Below, piece by piece: positions 29,498-38,725 of a stretch of 54,934 nucleotides of DNA. Origin of the DNA: Alphaproteobacteria bacterium (GTDB taxonomy: Bacteria > Pseudomonadota > Alphaproteobacteria > Rs-D84); the NCBI GenBank assembly GCA_017451625.1, contig JAFTNY010000001.1:1-54934 (forward strand), written 5' to 3'. Position 1 is the first letter of the stretch; the number at the start of each line of letters is the position of its first letter. The translations under genes and the position numbers were made by a program. Under the pieces are notes generated by a model. That model did not search any database. It saw nothing but the letters and a program-made list of their open reading frames with translations, and was not told the origin of the DNA.

Positions 29498-29574
29498 TGG
29501 TGGGTGTTGAGGGACTCAAACCCCCGACCCTCTCGGTGTAAACGAGATGCTCTAATCAACTGAGCTAAACACCC
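29498..29574 (-). tRNA. tRNA-Val(TAC)
   Basis: GGGTGTTTAGCTCAGTTGATTAGAGCATCTCG-TT-TAC-AC-CGAGAGGGTCGGGGGTTTGAGTCCCTCAACACCCACCA; cloverleaf with encoded CCA; hairpin terminator at about 29472-29497. Confidence 0.96.
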
Positions 29575-29631
29575 AAAACTGACATTGCGGGTGGTATAAT
29601 ATAATATATTTTTTTATTTGTCCAGTATTTT

Positions 29632-30360
29632 TTATTTTATTTCAGTACCATCGGATACAGAAAATTTCTGGTCTGATACAGTGATTGTGCCATCGGCATA
29701 GGTTGGCGCCGCAGACACGTCAACCGACGCGCGCCAATAAATCGTACCGTCAGATGTCGATATTGCATACAGATTATTATCTGTGGCGACCACAAAGGCA
29801 TAGTTGCCGGCAATCACAAATGGTTCTGCAACACCAATATCAAGACACCATGATTTTACACCAGTTGCGGCAGATAATTTACAAAACGCATCACCCAAAC
29901 CGCCTGCATACACAAATTTACCGTCTGGGACAATGGGGGCGATAATATCAACCATTGATGCGCCACCGGTCAGATTACTGGTGCGATAAACGTCGGCAAT
30001 CCACGAAATCTGGCGCGTGGTGGGATTTAATTTGACCACTTCGCCGGTGGTTAACCCCGCATAGATGTATTTGCCACTGCATATTGGGCGCCGATTGGCG
30101 GCCACAGTATTGTTGGTGGAAAAACCACTGAACACGCGGCGATCGCCGTCCCAGATTACATTGGATGAATCTTGGCTATATGGACAGGCAGAATTGTTTA
30201 TCACAACAGATTCTGTGGGGATATCTGTAATTGTCTTGTTCGCCACTGTGATATTCGCACCATCAAAAATGGCAATGCGATGTCCAGACAGGATTGGATC
30301 ATGCTTATCACACGCCGCCAGAACAATCAGACAACATAAAAATGCGATTGCGTTGAGCAT
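29632..30360 (-). CDS. bamB: PQQ-repeat beta-propeller lipoprotein, short BamB-like
   Basis: Lipobox LAAC, repeated W-x-x/G-x-x-x-x-W propeller motifs; follows a YfgM-like gene. Confidence 0.6.
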   Translation of the reverse strand: MLNAIAFLCCLIVLAACDKHDPILSGHRIAIFDGANITVANKTITDIPTESVVINNSACPYSQDSSNVIWDGDRRVFSGFSTNNTVAANRRPICSGKYIYAGLTTGEVVKLNPTTRQISWIADVYRTSNLTGGASMVDIIAPIVPDGKFVYAGGLGDAFCKLSAATGVKSWCLDIGVAEPFVIAGNYAFVVATDNNLYAISTSDGTIYWRASVDVSAAPTYADGTITVSDQKFSVSDGTEIK

Positions 30361-30382
30361 TGGATCAGTACCTTTTTTCCCT

Positions 30383-31033
30383 TTAACGTAAACCGACCGC
30401 AGCGGCGGAAATTACAGATGGCGCAGATGCGTCGTTAATGATTTTATCCAGCCATTTGTTTGCGGCATCGCGATTGCCATCGGCCAGATACTTTTGCGCA
30501 ATGGTCAGGCACGCAGTATAATAGAACGGCGAAGATTTGGTATTCAAGCCAGACAAATATTTTTCAACATCGGCCGCCGACATGTCATCGCCACGCAGCC
30601 CGACAATATGCAGGCGTGCCAAATCACGAAAATCGCGTGTGTTGCCAGAATCGGCCAGACGTTCCAACTTGGCCACGTCGTTATCTAAAATATATGACTG
30701 GAACAAGGCCAAGTCGGCAGTTGCACCAGACGCGTTTTCAGACAAAGATGCCAGCGCATTTGCATCAACGGATTCAACGGCCGCTTCGTATGCAGTGGCG
30801 GTGGCAATTTTATGCGCATTGTGCGTGCGAATACCAATCTGGATAGATGTGGCGATAATCAAAATCACAAATGCCGCAACCATCATGTGTTTGGAATATT
30901 TTTTGATAAACTGTACAGTCTTTTCATTATTTACTTCTTCCCATACTTCGCGGTACAAGGCATCTTCGGCGTGTTCGGCGCGTGTTTTCTGGGGGGCTTT
31001 GACCTTCTTGTTTCTTTCCAACATAGTAGCCAT
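30383..31033 (-). CDS. YfgM/DUF2659-like TPR membrane protein
   Basis: ALYREVWEEV, a single TM, helical periplasmic domain; yfgM-bamB synteny. Confidence 0.75.
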   Translation of the reverse strand: MATMLERNKKVKAPQKTRAEHAEDALYREVWEEVNNEKTVQFIKKYSKHMMVAAFVILIIATSIQIGIRTHNAHKIATATAYEAAVESVDANALASLSENASGATADLALFQSYILDNDVAKLERLADSGNTRDFRDLARLHIVGLRGDDMSAADVEKYLSGLNTKSSPFYYTACLTIAQKYLADGNRDAANKWLDKIINDASAPSVISAAAVGLR

Positions 31034-31089
31034 GGTTTTAATATCTCCTGTGCTTGATAATTATTAATTTATGGTATACTATAAAAGTT

Positions 31090-32004
31090 ATGAAAAAAGA
31101 AATCAAGAACGCTTTGCCAGCCCAAAAAACAACCAGTATTGTCGCCGCACGTGGGGTCAACGATGATACTTCGTTGGCGCAGTATATTCAAACGGTTCAG
31201 AAAATACCGGTACTGACCGCAGAACAGGAATATGAATATGCCACACAATGGGCCAAACAACATGACCAGTTTGCAGCAGAAAAATTAGTCGCCAGTCATT
31301 TGCGAGTGGTGGTGTCGGTGGCGTATGATTATAAAAACTATGGCATTCCGGTCGGTGAACTGATTGCCAGTGGGAATATGGGACTGATGCAGGCGTTGCA
31401 AAAGTTTGACCCAGACAAGGGTTTTAGGTTTTCAACATATGCAATGTTTTGGATCAAGGCCGAAATATATGAAACAATCTTGAACAACTGGTCAATCGTG
31501 CGAATCGGAACATCGGCAAATCAAAAACGTGTGTTCTTTAATCTGGCACGTGCAAAGCGCGCACTGGGGATTATGGATAACAATTTGTCCGATGATCAAA
31601 CCAAGCAAATTGCCGAATATCTGGAGGTGCCAGAAAAAGACGTGCAACGTATGGCCACGCGTATCGGCGCGCGCGATGTTTCACTGAATGCGCCAATAAA
31701 TTCTGATGATGGGGCGACCGATATTCTGTCAAATATGACAGATGGTGGCGACACAATCGAAGATACGTTGGAACAGGTTGAATTTAGACGGCGTGGTTAT
31801 GATCTGTTGAAAAAACATTTGGCAAAGATGTCTGAACGCGATCGTGAAATTTTGGTGGCACGAAAACTGCGTCAGCCGGTGGCAACGTTGGAATCGCTGT
31901 CCCAGAAATATGGTATTTCACGTGAACGCGTACGCCAAATCGAAGAACGTGCATACAATAAACTGCGCGATGCAATTCTGACAGAAACCAAAGGGCAAAT
32001 TTAA
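31090..32004 (+). CDS. rpoH: RNA polymerase sigma-32 factor
   Basis: LVASHLRVVV, GNMGLMQALQKFDPDKGFRFSTYA, RpoH box NQKRVFFNL and SRERVRQIE. Confidence 0.93.
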   Translation: MKKEIKNALPAQKTTSIVAARGVNDDTSLAQYIQTVQKIPVLTAEQEYEYATQWAKQHDQFAAEKLVASHLRVVVSVAYDYKNYGIPVGELIASGNMGLMQALQKFDPDKGFRFSTYAMFWIKAEIYETILNNWSIVRIGTSANQKRVFFNLARAKRALGIMDNNLSDDQTKQIAEYLEVPEKDVQRMATRIGARDVSLNAPINSDDGATDILSNMTDGGDTIEDTLEQVEFRRRGYDLLKKHLAKMSERDREILVARKLRQPVATLESLSQKYGISRERVRQIEERAYNKLRDAILTETKGQI

Positions 32005-32006
32005 AC

Positions 32007-33032
32007 ATGTTTGGTACAAAACGTATGGTTGTGGCGGTGGCAATATTGGCCACAACGCCGGCGGTGGCAAATGCACTGCAATATGATATGGGTCGGGTGA
32101 ATTTAAGACTGACGGGGTATGGAACCGCGGGAATGATTGAACCGGATTTTGAATCACCATTGTTTATTGGCGATTGGCGTGTTCGTGGCCAGATGACATA
32201 CGCGGCAAATGAAACAAACAAACTGGGGCTGGTGTATGCAATGGACCAATCGGCCATTGATAAAGGTAATTTTTCCCGCGAAACATTTGGGTTTTGGGAA
32301 ATTCAGAATTATGGGCGAATTGAATTGGGGTGGACAGATTCAATCGCACGCAAACTGGGGGTTGGATTGCCAGATGTTGGGGGACTGCGTATCAATGACC
32401 GACCACTGTTTAATGAAAAGATTATTCCAGATGGACCGGTTATCGCAGATACCACACTGACATCAGGACGAAATGCGCCACGTGTAAATCTGGTGTCGGC
32501 ACCAATAAATGCAGTACAATATGGCGTGTCGGTCGCAGGTTTGGCGGATGACTATGATTGGGCAATGGATGCAGGGCTGAAAATCCGCCGACCAAATGGC
32601 AAGGTCAAGACCGCATATTCGTTGGGCCTGTCGTTTATGGACAATCCTGAAAACTTTGATAACGAGGTTTATACAGCCGGTGTCACCGCGGATTGGCGTG
32701 CACAAATGTCAATGGGGATGAACCTGCAATATAACAGTTGGATTTGGGGACTGACGGGGCGTGTGATATATGATAAAAACCCAATCGGCGAAATATCAGA
32801 CGGATTTGTTGTCGGCACAGGGGTCAGTTATGATTTACTGAAATACAGTGTGTCGTTGACATATATGCTGTCAGATACAGGCGTGTGGCAGGATGACGTT
32901 GCAGACTTTGTCGACCATATGGCAATCGCATCGTTCAGATATAAATACAGCGAATTTGTTGACGGGTGGATTTCGGGTGGAATTACATCACAAACGCCTT
33001 TTATTTCGGCGGGACTGCGTATATCTTTCTGA
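32007..33032 (+). CDS. Porin-like outer-membrane beta-barrel
   Basis: Signal peptide, YGRIELG and C-terminal SAGLRISF. Confidence 0.7.
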   Translation: MFGTKRMVVAVAILATTPAVANALQYDMGRVNLRLTGYGTAGMIEPDFESPLFIGDWRVRGQMTYAANETNKLGLVYAMDQSAIDKGNFSRETFGFWEIQNYGRIELGWTDSIARKLGVGLPDVGGLRINDRPLFNEKIIPDGPVIADTTLTSGRNAPRVNLVSAPINAVQYGVSVAGLADDYDWAMDAGLKIRRPNGKVKTAYSLGLSFMDNPENFDNEVYTAGVTADWRAQMSMGMNLQYNSWIWGLTGRVIYDKNPIGEISDGFVVGTGVSYDLLKYSVSLTYMLSDTGVWQDDVADFVDHMAIASFRYKYSEFVDGWISGGITSQTPFISAGLRISF

Positions 33033-33044
33033 TAGATGGATTCC

Positions 33045-33073
33045 TTGCATGTGTATAAAATCACTGGTATAAT
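33045..33073 (+). promoter_or_regulatory. sigma70-type promoter
   Basis: TTGCAT, 17 nt, TATAAT upstream of the HAD gene. Confidence 0.65.
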
Positions 33074-33105
33074 CGGCGCGAATACAAGAAAAAAGGGTTT
33101 ATTAT

Positions 33106-33702
33106 ATGCTGAAAAAAACAGAAGTTGTTTTGTTTGATTTTGATGGGACGCTGTCGGCATTGGATTCAAATGTGGCGTTTGCAAAATACTGCTTTCGTCG
33201 CAGTGTGCGACCATGGCTGTTCCTGCCATTGATGGGGATTTGTGGAATTTGCAGATGGGTTAATCCAGATGGTGTGTGGTGGCGCGAAAATATTCGCCGC
33301 TTTATGACACCACAGATGGTGAAAAAATACGCAGCGGGATTTATTAAACAGCACAAACGCGAACGTTTTGGATGGGCCAAGGAACGTGTTCAGGCCGAAC
33401 GCGATGCAGGGCGCAAGGTGCTGATGATTTCGGCCAGTCCGGATTATCTGTTGCCGGCATTGGTGCGCGATATGAAGTTTGACGCGGTGTTCTGTTCGAA
33501 AATGAATAAAGAAAAACCATGGAAATATGAATTTTTGTGCTGGGGGCGGAACAAGGTTTATGCAATGGACGAATGGGCCAAAGAAAACAAAATTATTCCG
33601 TATGTCGTGCGCGCATATTCAGACAGCAAATCCGATTTACCAATGATGGAAATCGCCGAAGAACAGGTCTGGATTGACAAGAAAACAGGTTTAAGAAAAT
33701 AG
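33106..33702 (+). CDS. HAD-IB family phosphatase
   Basis: FDFDGTL, ISAS and AYSDSKSDLPMM. Confidence 0.88.
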   Translation: MLKKTEVVLFDFDGTLSALDSNVAFAKYCFRRSVRPWLFLPLMGICGICRWVNPDGVWWRENIRRFMTPQMVKKYAAGFIKQHKRERFGWAKERVQAERDAGRKVLMISASPDYLLPALVRDMKFDAVFCSKMNKEKPWKYEFLCWGRNKVYAMDEWAKENKIIPYVVRAYSDSKSDLPMMEIAEEQVWIDKKTGLRK

Positions 33703-33742
33703 TCCTGATGAATTTTTCTGGCAAATATCTTACAGTGTTTTC

Positions 33743-34012
33743 ATGGTTATCGTGGAAACACTGTTTGATTTATTAAGCGCATCGGCCGGTGCAATTTTGG
33801 GCGCATTGTTTGCGTTCTTTTTAAACCGCAAACGACGCAAACAGATGGCGAATCAGTTGGTCATCAGTCGCAGCGCATTGGAAAAGGTAAAGTTAGAAAA
33901 CGAACAGCTGTTGACACAGATACAAGAAAAAGAAAATTTAATATTGCAGTTAGAGATGCAGATTCTGGGCGATAAAAACGCACAGAAAGAAAAAGATAAA
34001 GGTAAAAAATAA
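33743..34012 (+). CDS. Small bitopic membrane protein with coiled coil
   Basis: TM SAGAILGALFAFFL, then NRKRRK and a heptad region; terminator 34011-34034. Confidence 0.6.
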   Translation: MVIVETLFDLLSASAGAILGALFAFFLNRKRRKQMANQLVISRSALEKVKLENEQLLTQIQEKENLILQLEMQILGDKNAQKEKDKGKK

Positions 34013-34039
34013 TCCCGCCTGATTTGGCGGGATTTTGTA

Positions 34040-34312
34040 TTATTTACGCAGACCTAACTTTTTAATCAGGGCTTCGTAGTCAGATACGTTGCGCTTTTTG
34101 ATATAAGCCAACAATTTCTTGCGACGATTAACCATCAACAACAGACCACGTTTTGAATGGTTGTCTTTGTGGTTTGCCTTCATATGTTCTGTCAAGTTGC
34201 GAATGCGTTCTGTTAAAACAGCAACCTGTGATTCAACCGAACCACCGTTGTCGTTTTCAGACACTTTATATTCTTGAATCAATTCAGACTTTTTTGTCTT
34301 GGTAATGGACAT
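34040..34312 (-). CDS. rpsO: 30S ribosomal protein S15
   Basis: [26 protein letters not shown] and LIKKLGLRK. Confidence 0.98.
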   Translation of the reverse strand: MSITKTKKSELIQEYKVSENDNGGSVESQVAVLTERIRNLTEHMKANHKDNHSKRGLLLMVNRRKKLLAYIKKRNVSDYEALIKKLGLRK

Positions 34313-34332
34313 TGTTTTTTCCTTTTTTGTTT

Positions 34333-35211
34333 TTAAATTGTTCGTTTTGGGCGCAGAACACCATCAGACACCACACCAATACCGATAAATTGATCATCCG
34401 TATAAATGCGATGCAGACCATCGTTCGTTGCCGTTCTTACAAAGCCGCCATTTCTGTAAAAATCTGCGTCCTTGTCAGACAGATTCAGAACCGGAATGTC
34501 CCCCAGTCCAAAATCAATCGGTTTCAGGTTTTCCCCGAAATTGCCACTATTATTAAACACTTTTTCTAAAAAATCAAGTTTTACAGCATCTTTTATGTCA
34601 AAACCGTTCGTTTTGGTGCGCCGTATCATATCAACTGTCGCGATTGTTCCACATTTTGCGGCAATATCGCGCGCCAAACTGCGCACGTATGTGCCGCGAC
34701 TGCACACTGTGCGAAAGTGCCATGATGCGCCATCGCGCCCCATAAATTCCAGTTCGTAAATTTCAACACTGCGTGGGGGGATTTCAACCGCCCTGCCCCG
34801 ACGTGCCAGTTCGTGTGCGCGAACCCCATCAATATGCACCGCAGAATACATGGGTGGGGTTTGTAAAATTGAACCACGCAAAGATTCCAATGCCGCCAAT
34901 ACGACAGATTCTGGGGGAATAACATCTGTGCGGGCGATTTCATGACCGGTGATGTCCAGTGTATCGGTTTCAAATCCAAACTGGCACGAAAACAGATATT
35001 CTTTGACAGATGGGGCAACATCTTCAACAAACGGTATCATCTTGGTCGCGTCGCCAATCGCAATCGGCAAAACGCCAGTCGCCATCGGGTCCAGTGTGCC
35101 AATATGACCAAACTTCTTGGTCCCCAGCATACGTGCAATACGACCACCCGCCGTTCGTGAAAACAGCCCAGAATCTTTGTCCAAGATAATCCATCCAGAT
35201 GTCATTTTCAT
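34333..35211 (-). CDS. truB: tRNA pseudouridine(55) synthase
   Basis: [30 protein letters not shown] and [13 protein letters not shown]. Confidence 0.96.
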   Translation of the reverse strand: MKMTSGWIILDKDSGLFSRTAGGRIARMLGTKKFGHIGTLDPMATGVLPIAIGDATKMIPFVEDVAPSVKEYLFSCQFGFETDTLDITGHEIARTDVIPPESVVLAALESLRGSILQTPPMYSAVHIDGVRAHELARRGRAVEIPPRSVEIYELEFMGRDGASWHFRTVCSRGTYVRSLARDIAAKCGTIATVDMIRRTKTNGFDIKDAVKLDFLEKVFNNSGNFGENLKPIDFGLGDIPVLNLSDKDADFYRNGGFVRTATNDGLHRIYTDDQFIGIGVVSDGVLRPKRTI

Positions 35212-37745
35212 AAATCAAACAAATTTAATTGTGGTGGGCGTTCGTCCGATACACAGGGCTTTTTACGCGCAACTGGTTGTGGCGGACATTCCGGTGTTAT
35301 TGGTGTCGACGTTGGCGCGTCGTGCGATTCCAGCGCATCCAGAACACTTTGCGCACGCGCAACCACAGATGATGGCATTCCGGCCATACGCGCAACGTGA
35401 ATACCATATGAACGGTTTGCAACCCCAGATACAATTTTATGCATAAAGACGATTTCATTATTGTGTTCACGAACATCAATCGTCAAACACGAAACATGCG
35501 ACAACATTGGCGACGTGCCACATGCCAGCGCAGTTAATTCATGATAATGCGTCGCGAACAGTGTTCGTGGCTGTAATTCATCCAAGTATTCCAATACCGC
35601 CTGTGCGATTGCCATACCGTCGTATGTCGCGGTGCCGCGCCCGATTTCGTCAAAGATAATAAAGGAACGCATGGTTGCGCGGTTTAGAATATTTGCTGTT
35701 TCGGCCATTTCAACCATAAATGTCGATTGGCCCGCCGCCAGATTGTCCGATGCACCGACACGACTGAATAACTGGTCGCAGATGCCAATGGTTGCGGTTG
35801 TGGCCGGAACAAACGATCCCAGATGTGCCAGTACCACAATTATTGCATTCTGGCGCAGATATGTGGATTTACCCGCCATATTTGGACCGGTCAACAGCGC
35901 AACAGAATGTGCGTTTAAATTACAGTCGTTTTTCACAAAATTATCGCCGCGTGTACGCAGAACAGATTCAATCACAGGATGACGGCCACCCACAATATCA
36001 AACGCACAATCGTCTGTGATTTTCGGACAAACCCATGAATAGGTGTTGGCAACGGTTGCCAAAGACACCCAAACATCGGCATCAGCCAATAAATCGGCGG
36101 TTGACAATAAATCATCGGCAATTTCACGAATAGATTCAATAAACGAATCTATGATTTCTGATTCGATGGCGGCGGCCTTTTCGGCGGCACTGCGAACATC
36201 GTTATCAAGGTCAATCAGGCGCGACGTTGTAAATCGCATGTTGCCAGACATTGTTTGACGATGAATAAAGCCAGAATCTGGGTTCATCAAAACTTCGGCG
36301 CGGGTGGATGGAACCTCGATAAAATATCCCAGAATATTATTATATTTTATCTTTAACGTTGTGATGCCTGTCTGGGCGACATATTCAGACTGCAACGCGG
36401 CAATCGTTTCACGCGCACCATGCGACAGACCGCGCATATTATCCAGCGATATATCAAAGCCATCACGAATTACACCACCATCGCGAAAGAACGTCGGTAA
36501 TTCGTCAGACAATGCACGCTGTAATCGCAACGCCAATTCATCGTGTGTGCGGATGGCCGCAAAGCGATCTGCGAATCCAGAATCCAAGCGCGACGATAAA
36601 ATCTGGGCGCGTGGCAATGACAACATAAATTCTGAAATATGACGCATATCACGTGGCGTGCCGCGACCCGACAACAGGCGCGACAGCGCGCGCCCCACAT
36701 CGGGTACAGATGACAAGACATTTGAAACCATTGCCATAACATCTGGATTTACAACAAAGTGCGAAATATGTGCCTGACGCAGGGTGATTTCATTTATATC
36801 GGCCGACAGATTGCGCAGATATGCGCGCAGTTTTCGTGCGCCGGCGGCGGTGTGCGTTTTGTCTAAAACATCAATCAGGCATGCACCACCGTCATTTATT
36901 GGTGAATCTATTTCCAGACTGCGCCATGTGGCAGAATCGATTAACAGTTGGCGACCAGACTTGAACGTATACGGCGCGCGAAATGTTATTGATGCACCGC
37001 GCTGGGTATTAAATAAATAGCCCGCCAACAGGCATATTGCACCATCAGAATTACGCGCAACAGATGACGCATCAACCGCACCACCAAACACACGCGACAC
37101 AACCATATCAATGTCGGCGCGATGATATAACTTTTCGTACACAGGGGTGGATTTAAATAATTCGCGCAGTTTTAAAACTGTTTTATCTTCGGCGGTTGAG
37201 AATGGAAATATAACCTCGGCCGGATTGATACGAACCAAATCATCGATTGCATCGGCGGTTTGACCAACAAAAAATTCACCGGTTGAAATATCACAACCTG
37301 CAACATCGTATTTGCCGCCAGACAGCGGAACAACCGCCACCAAAAAATTAGACTTGGTCGGGGTCAACAGATTTTCATCTGTTAACGTTCCAGATGTCAA
37401 AACACGCACAATTTGACGGTCAATAAATTTATGGCCGCGGGCCTTGGCCTGTGCGGGGGTTTCCATCTGTTCAACCAATGCAACCTTGTGTCCGGCACGA
37501 ACCAAACGGCCAAAATAGTTGTCGGCCGCATGCCATGGAATACCACACATCGGAATATCAACACCATCACCGTCGGTGCCACGTGCCGTCAAGACCAATC
37601 CCAATGCGGAACTGATGATGCGTGCGTCTTCGAAAAAAGATTCATAAAAATCACCCAACCGAAACATCAACAATGCATCTGGATTTTCTGATTTCATATC
37701 CATGTATTGTTGCATAACAGGGGTCAGTTTATTTTTTTCTGCCAC
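35208..37745 (-). CDS. mutS: DNA mismatch repair protein MutS
   Basis: TPVMQQY, FRLGDFYE, GPNMAGKST and DEIGRGT. Confidence 0.98.
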   Translation of the reverse strand: MAEKNKLTPVMQQYMDMKSENPDALLMFRLGDFYESFFEDARIISSALGLVLTARGTDGDGVDIPMCGIPWHAADNYFGRLVRAGHKVALVEQMETPAQAKARGHKFIDRQIVRVLTSGTLTDENLLTPTKSNFLVAVVPLSGGKYDVAGCDISTGEFFVGQTADAIDDLVRINPAEVIFPFSTAEDKTVLKLRELFKSTPVYEKLYHRADIDMVVSRVFGGAVDASSVARNSDGAICLLAGYLFNTQRGASITFRAPYTFKSGRQLLIDSATWRSLEIDSPINDGGACLIDVLDKTHTAAGARKLRAYLRNLSADINEITLRQAHISHFVVNPDVMAMVSNVLSSVPDVGRALSRLLSGRGTPRDMRHISEFMLSLPRAQILSSRLDSGFADRFAAIRTHDELALRLQRALSDELPTFFRDGGVIRDGFDISLDNMRGLSHGARETIAALQSEYVAQTGITTLKIKYNNILGYFIEVPSTRAEVLMNPDSGFIHRQTMSGNMRFTTSRLIDLDNDVRSAAEKAAAIESEIIDSFIESIREIADDLLSTADLLADADVWVSLATVANTYSWVCPKITDDCAFDIVGGRHPVIESVLRTRGDNFVKNDCNLNAHSVALLTGPNMAGKSTYLRQNAIIVVLAHLGSFVPATTATIGICDQLFSRVGASDNLAAGQSTFMVEMAETANILNRATMRSFIIFDEIGRGTATYDGMAIAQAVLEYLDELQPRTLFATHYHELTALACGTSPMLSHVSCLTIDVREHNNEIVFMHKIVSGVANRSYGIHVARMAGMPSSVVARAQSVLDALESHDAPTSTPITPECPPQPVARKKPCVSDERPPQLNLFDL

Positions 37746-37767
37746 AATAAATCCGTTTGATTAAAAA

Positions 37768-37962
37768 TTATGCGCCAACTTTTAATGTTTCAATTTTCAA
37801 TTCGGCTTCTTTTAACAACTGTTCGCAATAGGCCTTTAATTTTATGCCCTGTTCATAGGCCGCAACAGAATCCGCCAATGGTAATTCACCAGATTCCATC
37901 TTTTTTACCAGTTCCATTAACTGCTTGTACGCGTCTTCGAAAGATAACTTTGTTTCGTCCAT
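37768..37962 (-). CDS. xseB: Exodeoxyribonuclease VII small subunit
   Basis: SFEDAYKQL...MESGELPLADSVAAYEQG...L..AE; SD GGGGA upstream of ATG 37962. Confidence 0.95.
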   Translation of the reverse strand: MDETKLSFEDAYKQLMELVKKMESGELPLADSVAAYEQGIKLKAYCEQLLKEAELKIETLKVGA

Positions 37963-38017
37963 AATTGTCCCCTTGGATTGCAAAATTACGATACAAAATG
38001 AAAGGCGAAAAAGCAAT

Positions 38018-38047
38018 AAAAAATCCCGCCGTTTGGCGGGTGTTTTT
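38018..38047 (-). terminator. Intrinsic terminator after ybaB
   Basis: AAAAAATCCCGCC-GTTT-GGCGGG. Confidence 0.75.
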
Positions 38048-38342
38048 ATGGCAATGGGATGCCGGCGGTGGCATCGCCCATTACTTTATCAATCATAGCA
38101 TCTGCCTTTTGCTTGGCATCGCGATATGCCGCCGCAACAATATCTGCAACAGCATCTGCGCCACGCGACAAAACATCTGGGCGTATAGTTAATTTAACCA
38201 AATCATATTTGCCGGTCATATCAACAATGCACGCGCCATCGGCGGCAATACCCTTGACCACAGTTTGGGCCAATTGTTCTTGGGCGACGGCAACCTTGTT
38301 TTGTAATTCTGCGGCCTGTGCCATCAATGCGTCCATATCCAT
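38046..38342 (-). CDS. ybaB: YbaB/EbfC nucleoid-associated protein
   Basis: MDALMAQAAELQ, VKGIAADG and IVAAAYRDAKQKA. Confidence 0.9.
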   Translation of the reverse strand: MDMDALMAQAAELQNKVAVAQEQLAQTVVKGIAADGACIVDMTGKYDLVKLTIRPDVLSRGADAVADIVAAAYRDAKQKADAMIDKVMGDATAGIPLP

Positions 38343-38358
38343 TTTTAATCCCCCCGTT

Positions 38359-38721
38359 TTATCTTTGTTTATCGTTGACGTGCAACATTTGCAGCATCTG
38401 TGCGGGAACGCCATAGGCATCTGCCCAGAACGACGTTAATTCCAGTTTTGGAATAATCTGTTCGTTGGCATGTTTGGCCGCCGCGGCATGTGTATCAAAA
38501 TGCACATCCGATGATACAACAGGAACAACACGCGGAAACCCAGATGGCGTGTCATGACGACGCGTCAACAGGAAACCATACTTGCGTGATGTTTTATATT
38601 TTACAATCGATGCACAGTATGTATCTGCCAGCATTTTTTTGATGTACTGCACCTGTGCAGGGGCACACCCAAGGTGTGCCGCCCACTGTGCATCTGTCCA
38701 CGTTAACTGTTCTGGTGTCAT
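38359..38721 (-). CDS. Hypothetical protein
   Basis: 120-aa ORF fitting between pnp and ybaB in an operon; ends VNDKQR. Confidence 0.65.
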   Translation of the reverse strand: MTPEQLTWTDAQWAAHLGCAPAQVQYIKKMLADTYCASIVKYKTSRKYGFLLTRRHDTPSGFPRVVPVVSSDVHFDTHAAAAKHANEQIIPKLELTSFWADAYGVPAQMLQMLHVNDKQR

Positions 38722-38725
38722 ATGA

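Noticed and set aside
28142-29574. Genomic island integrated at tRNA-Val
   Set aside because: There is no duplicated tRNA 3' end and no integrase; only two small accessory ORFs are present.
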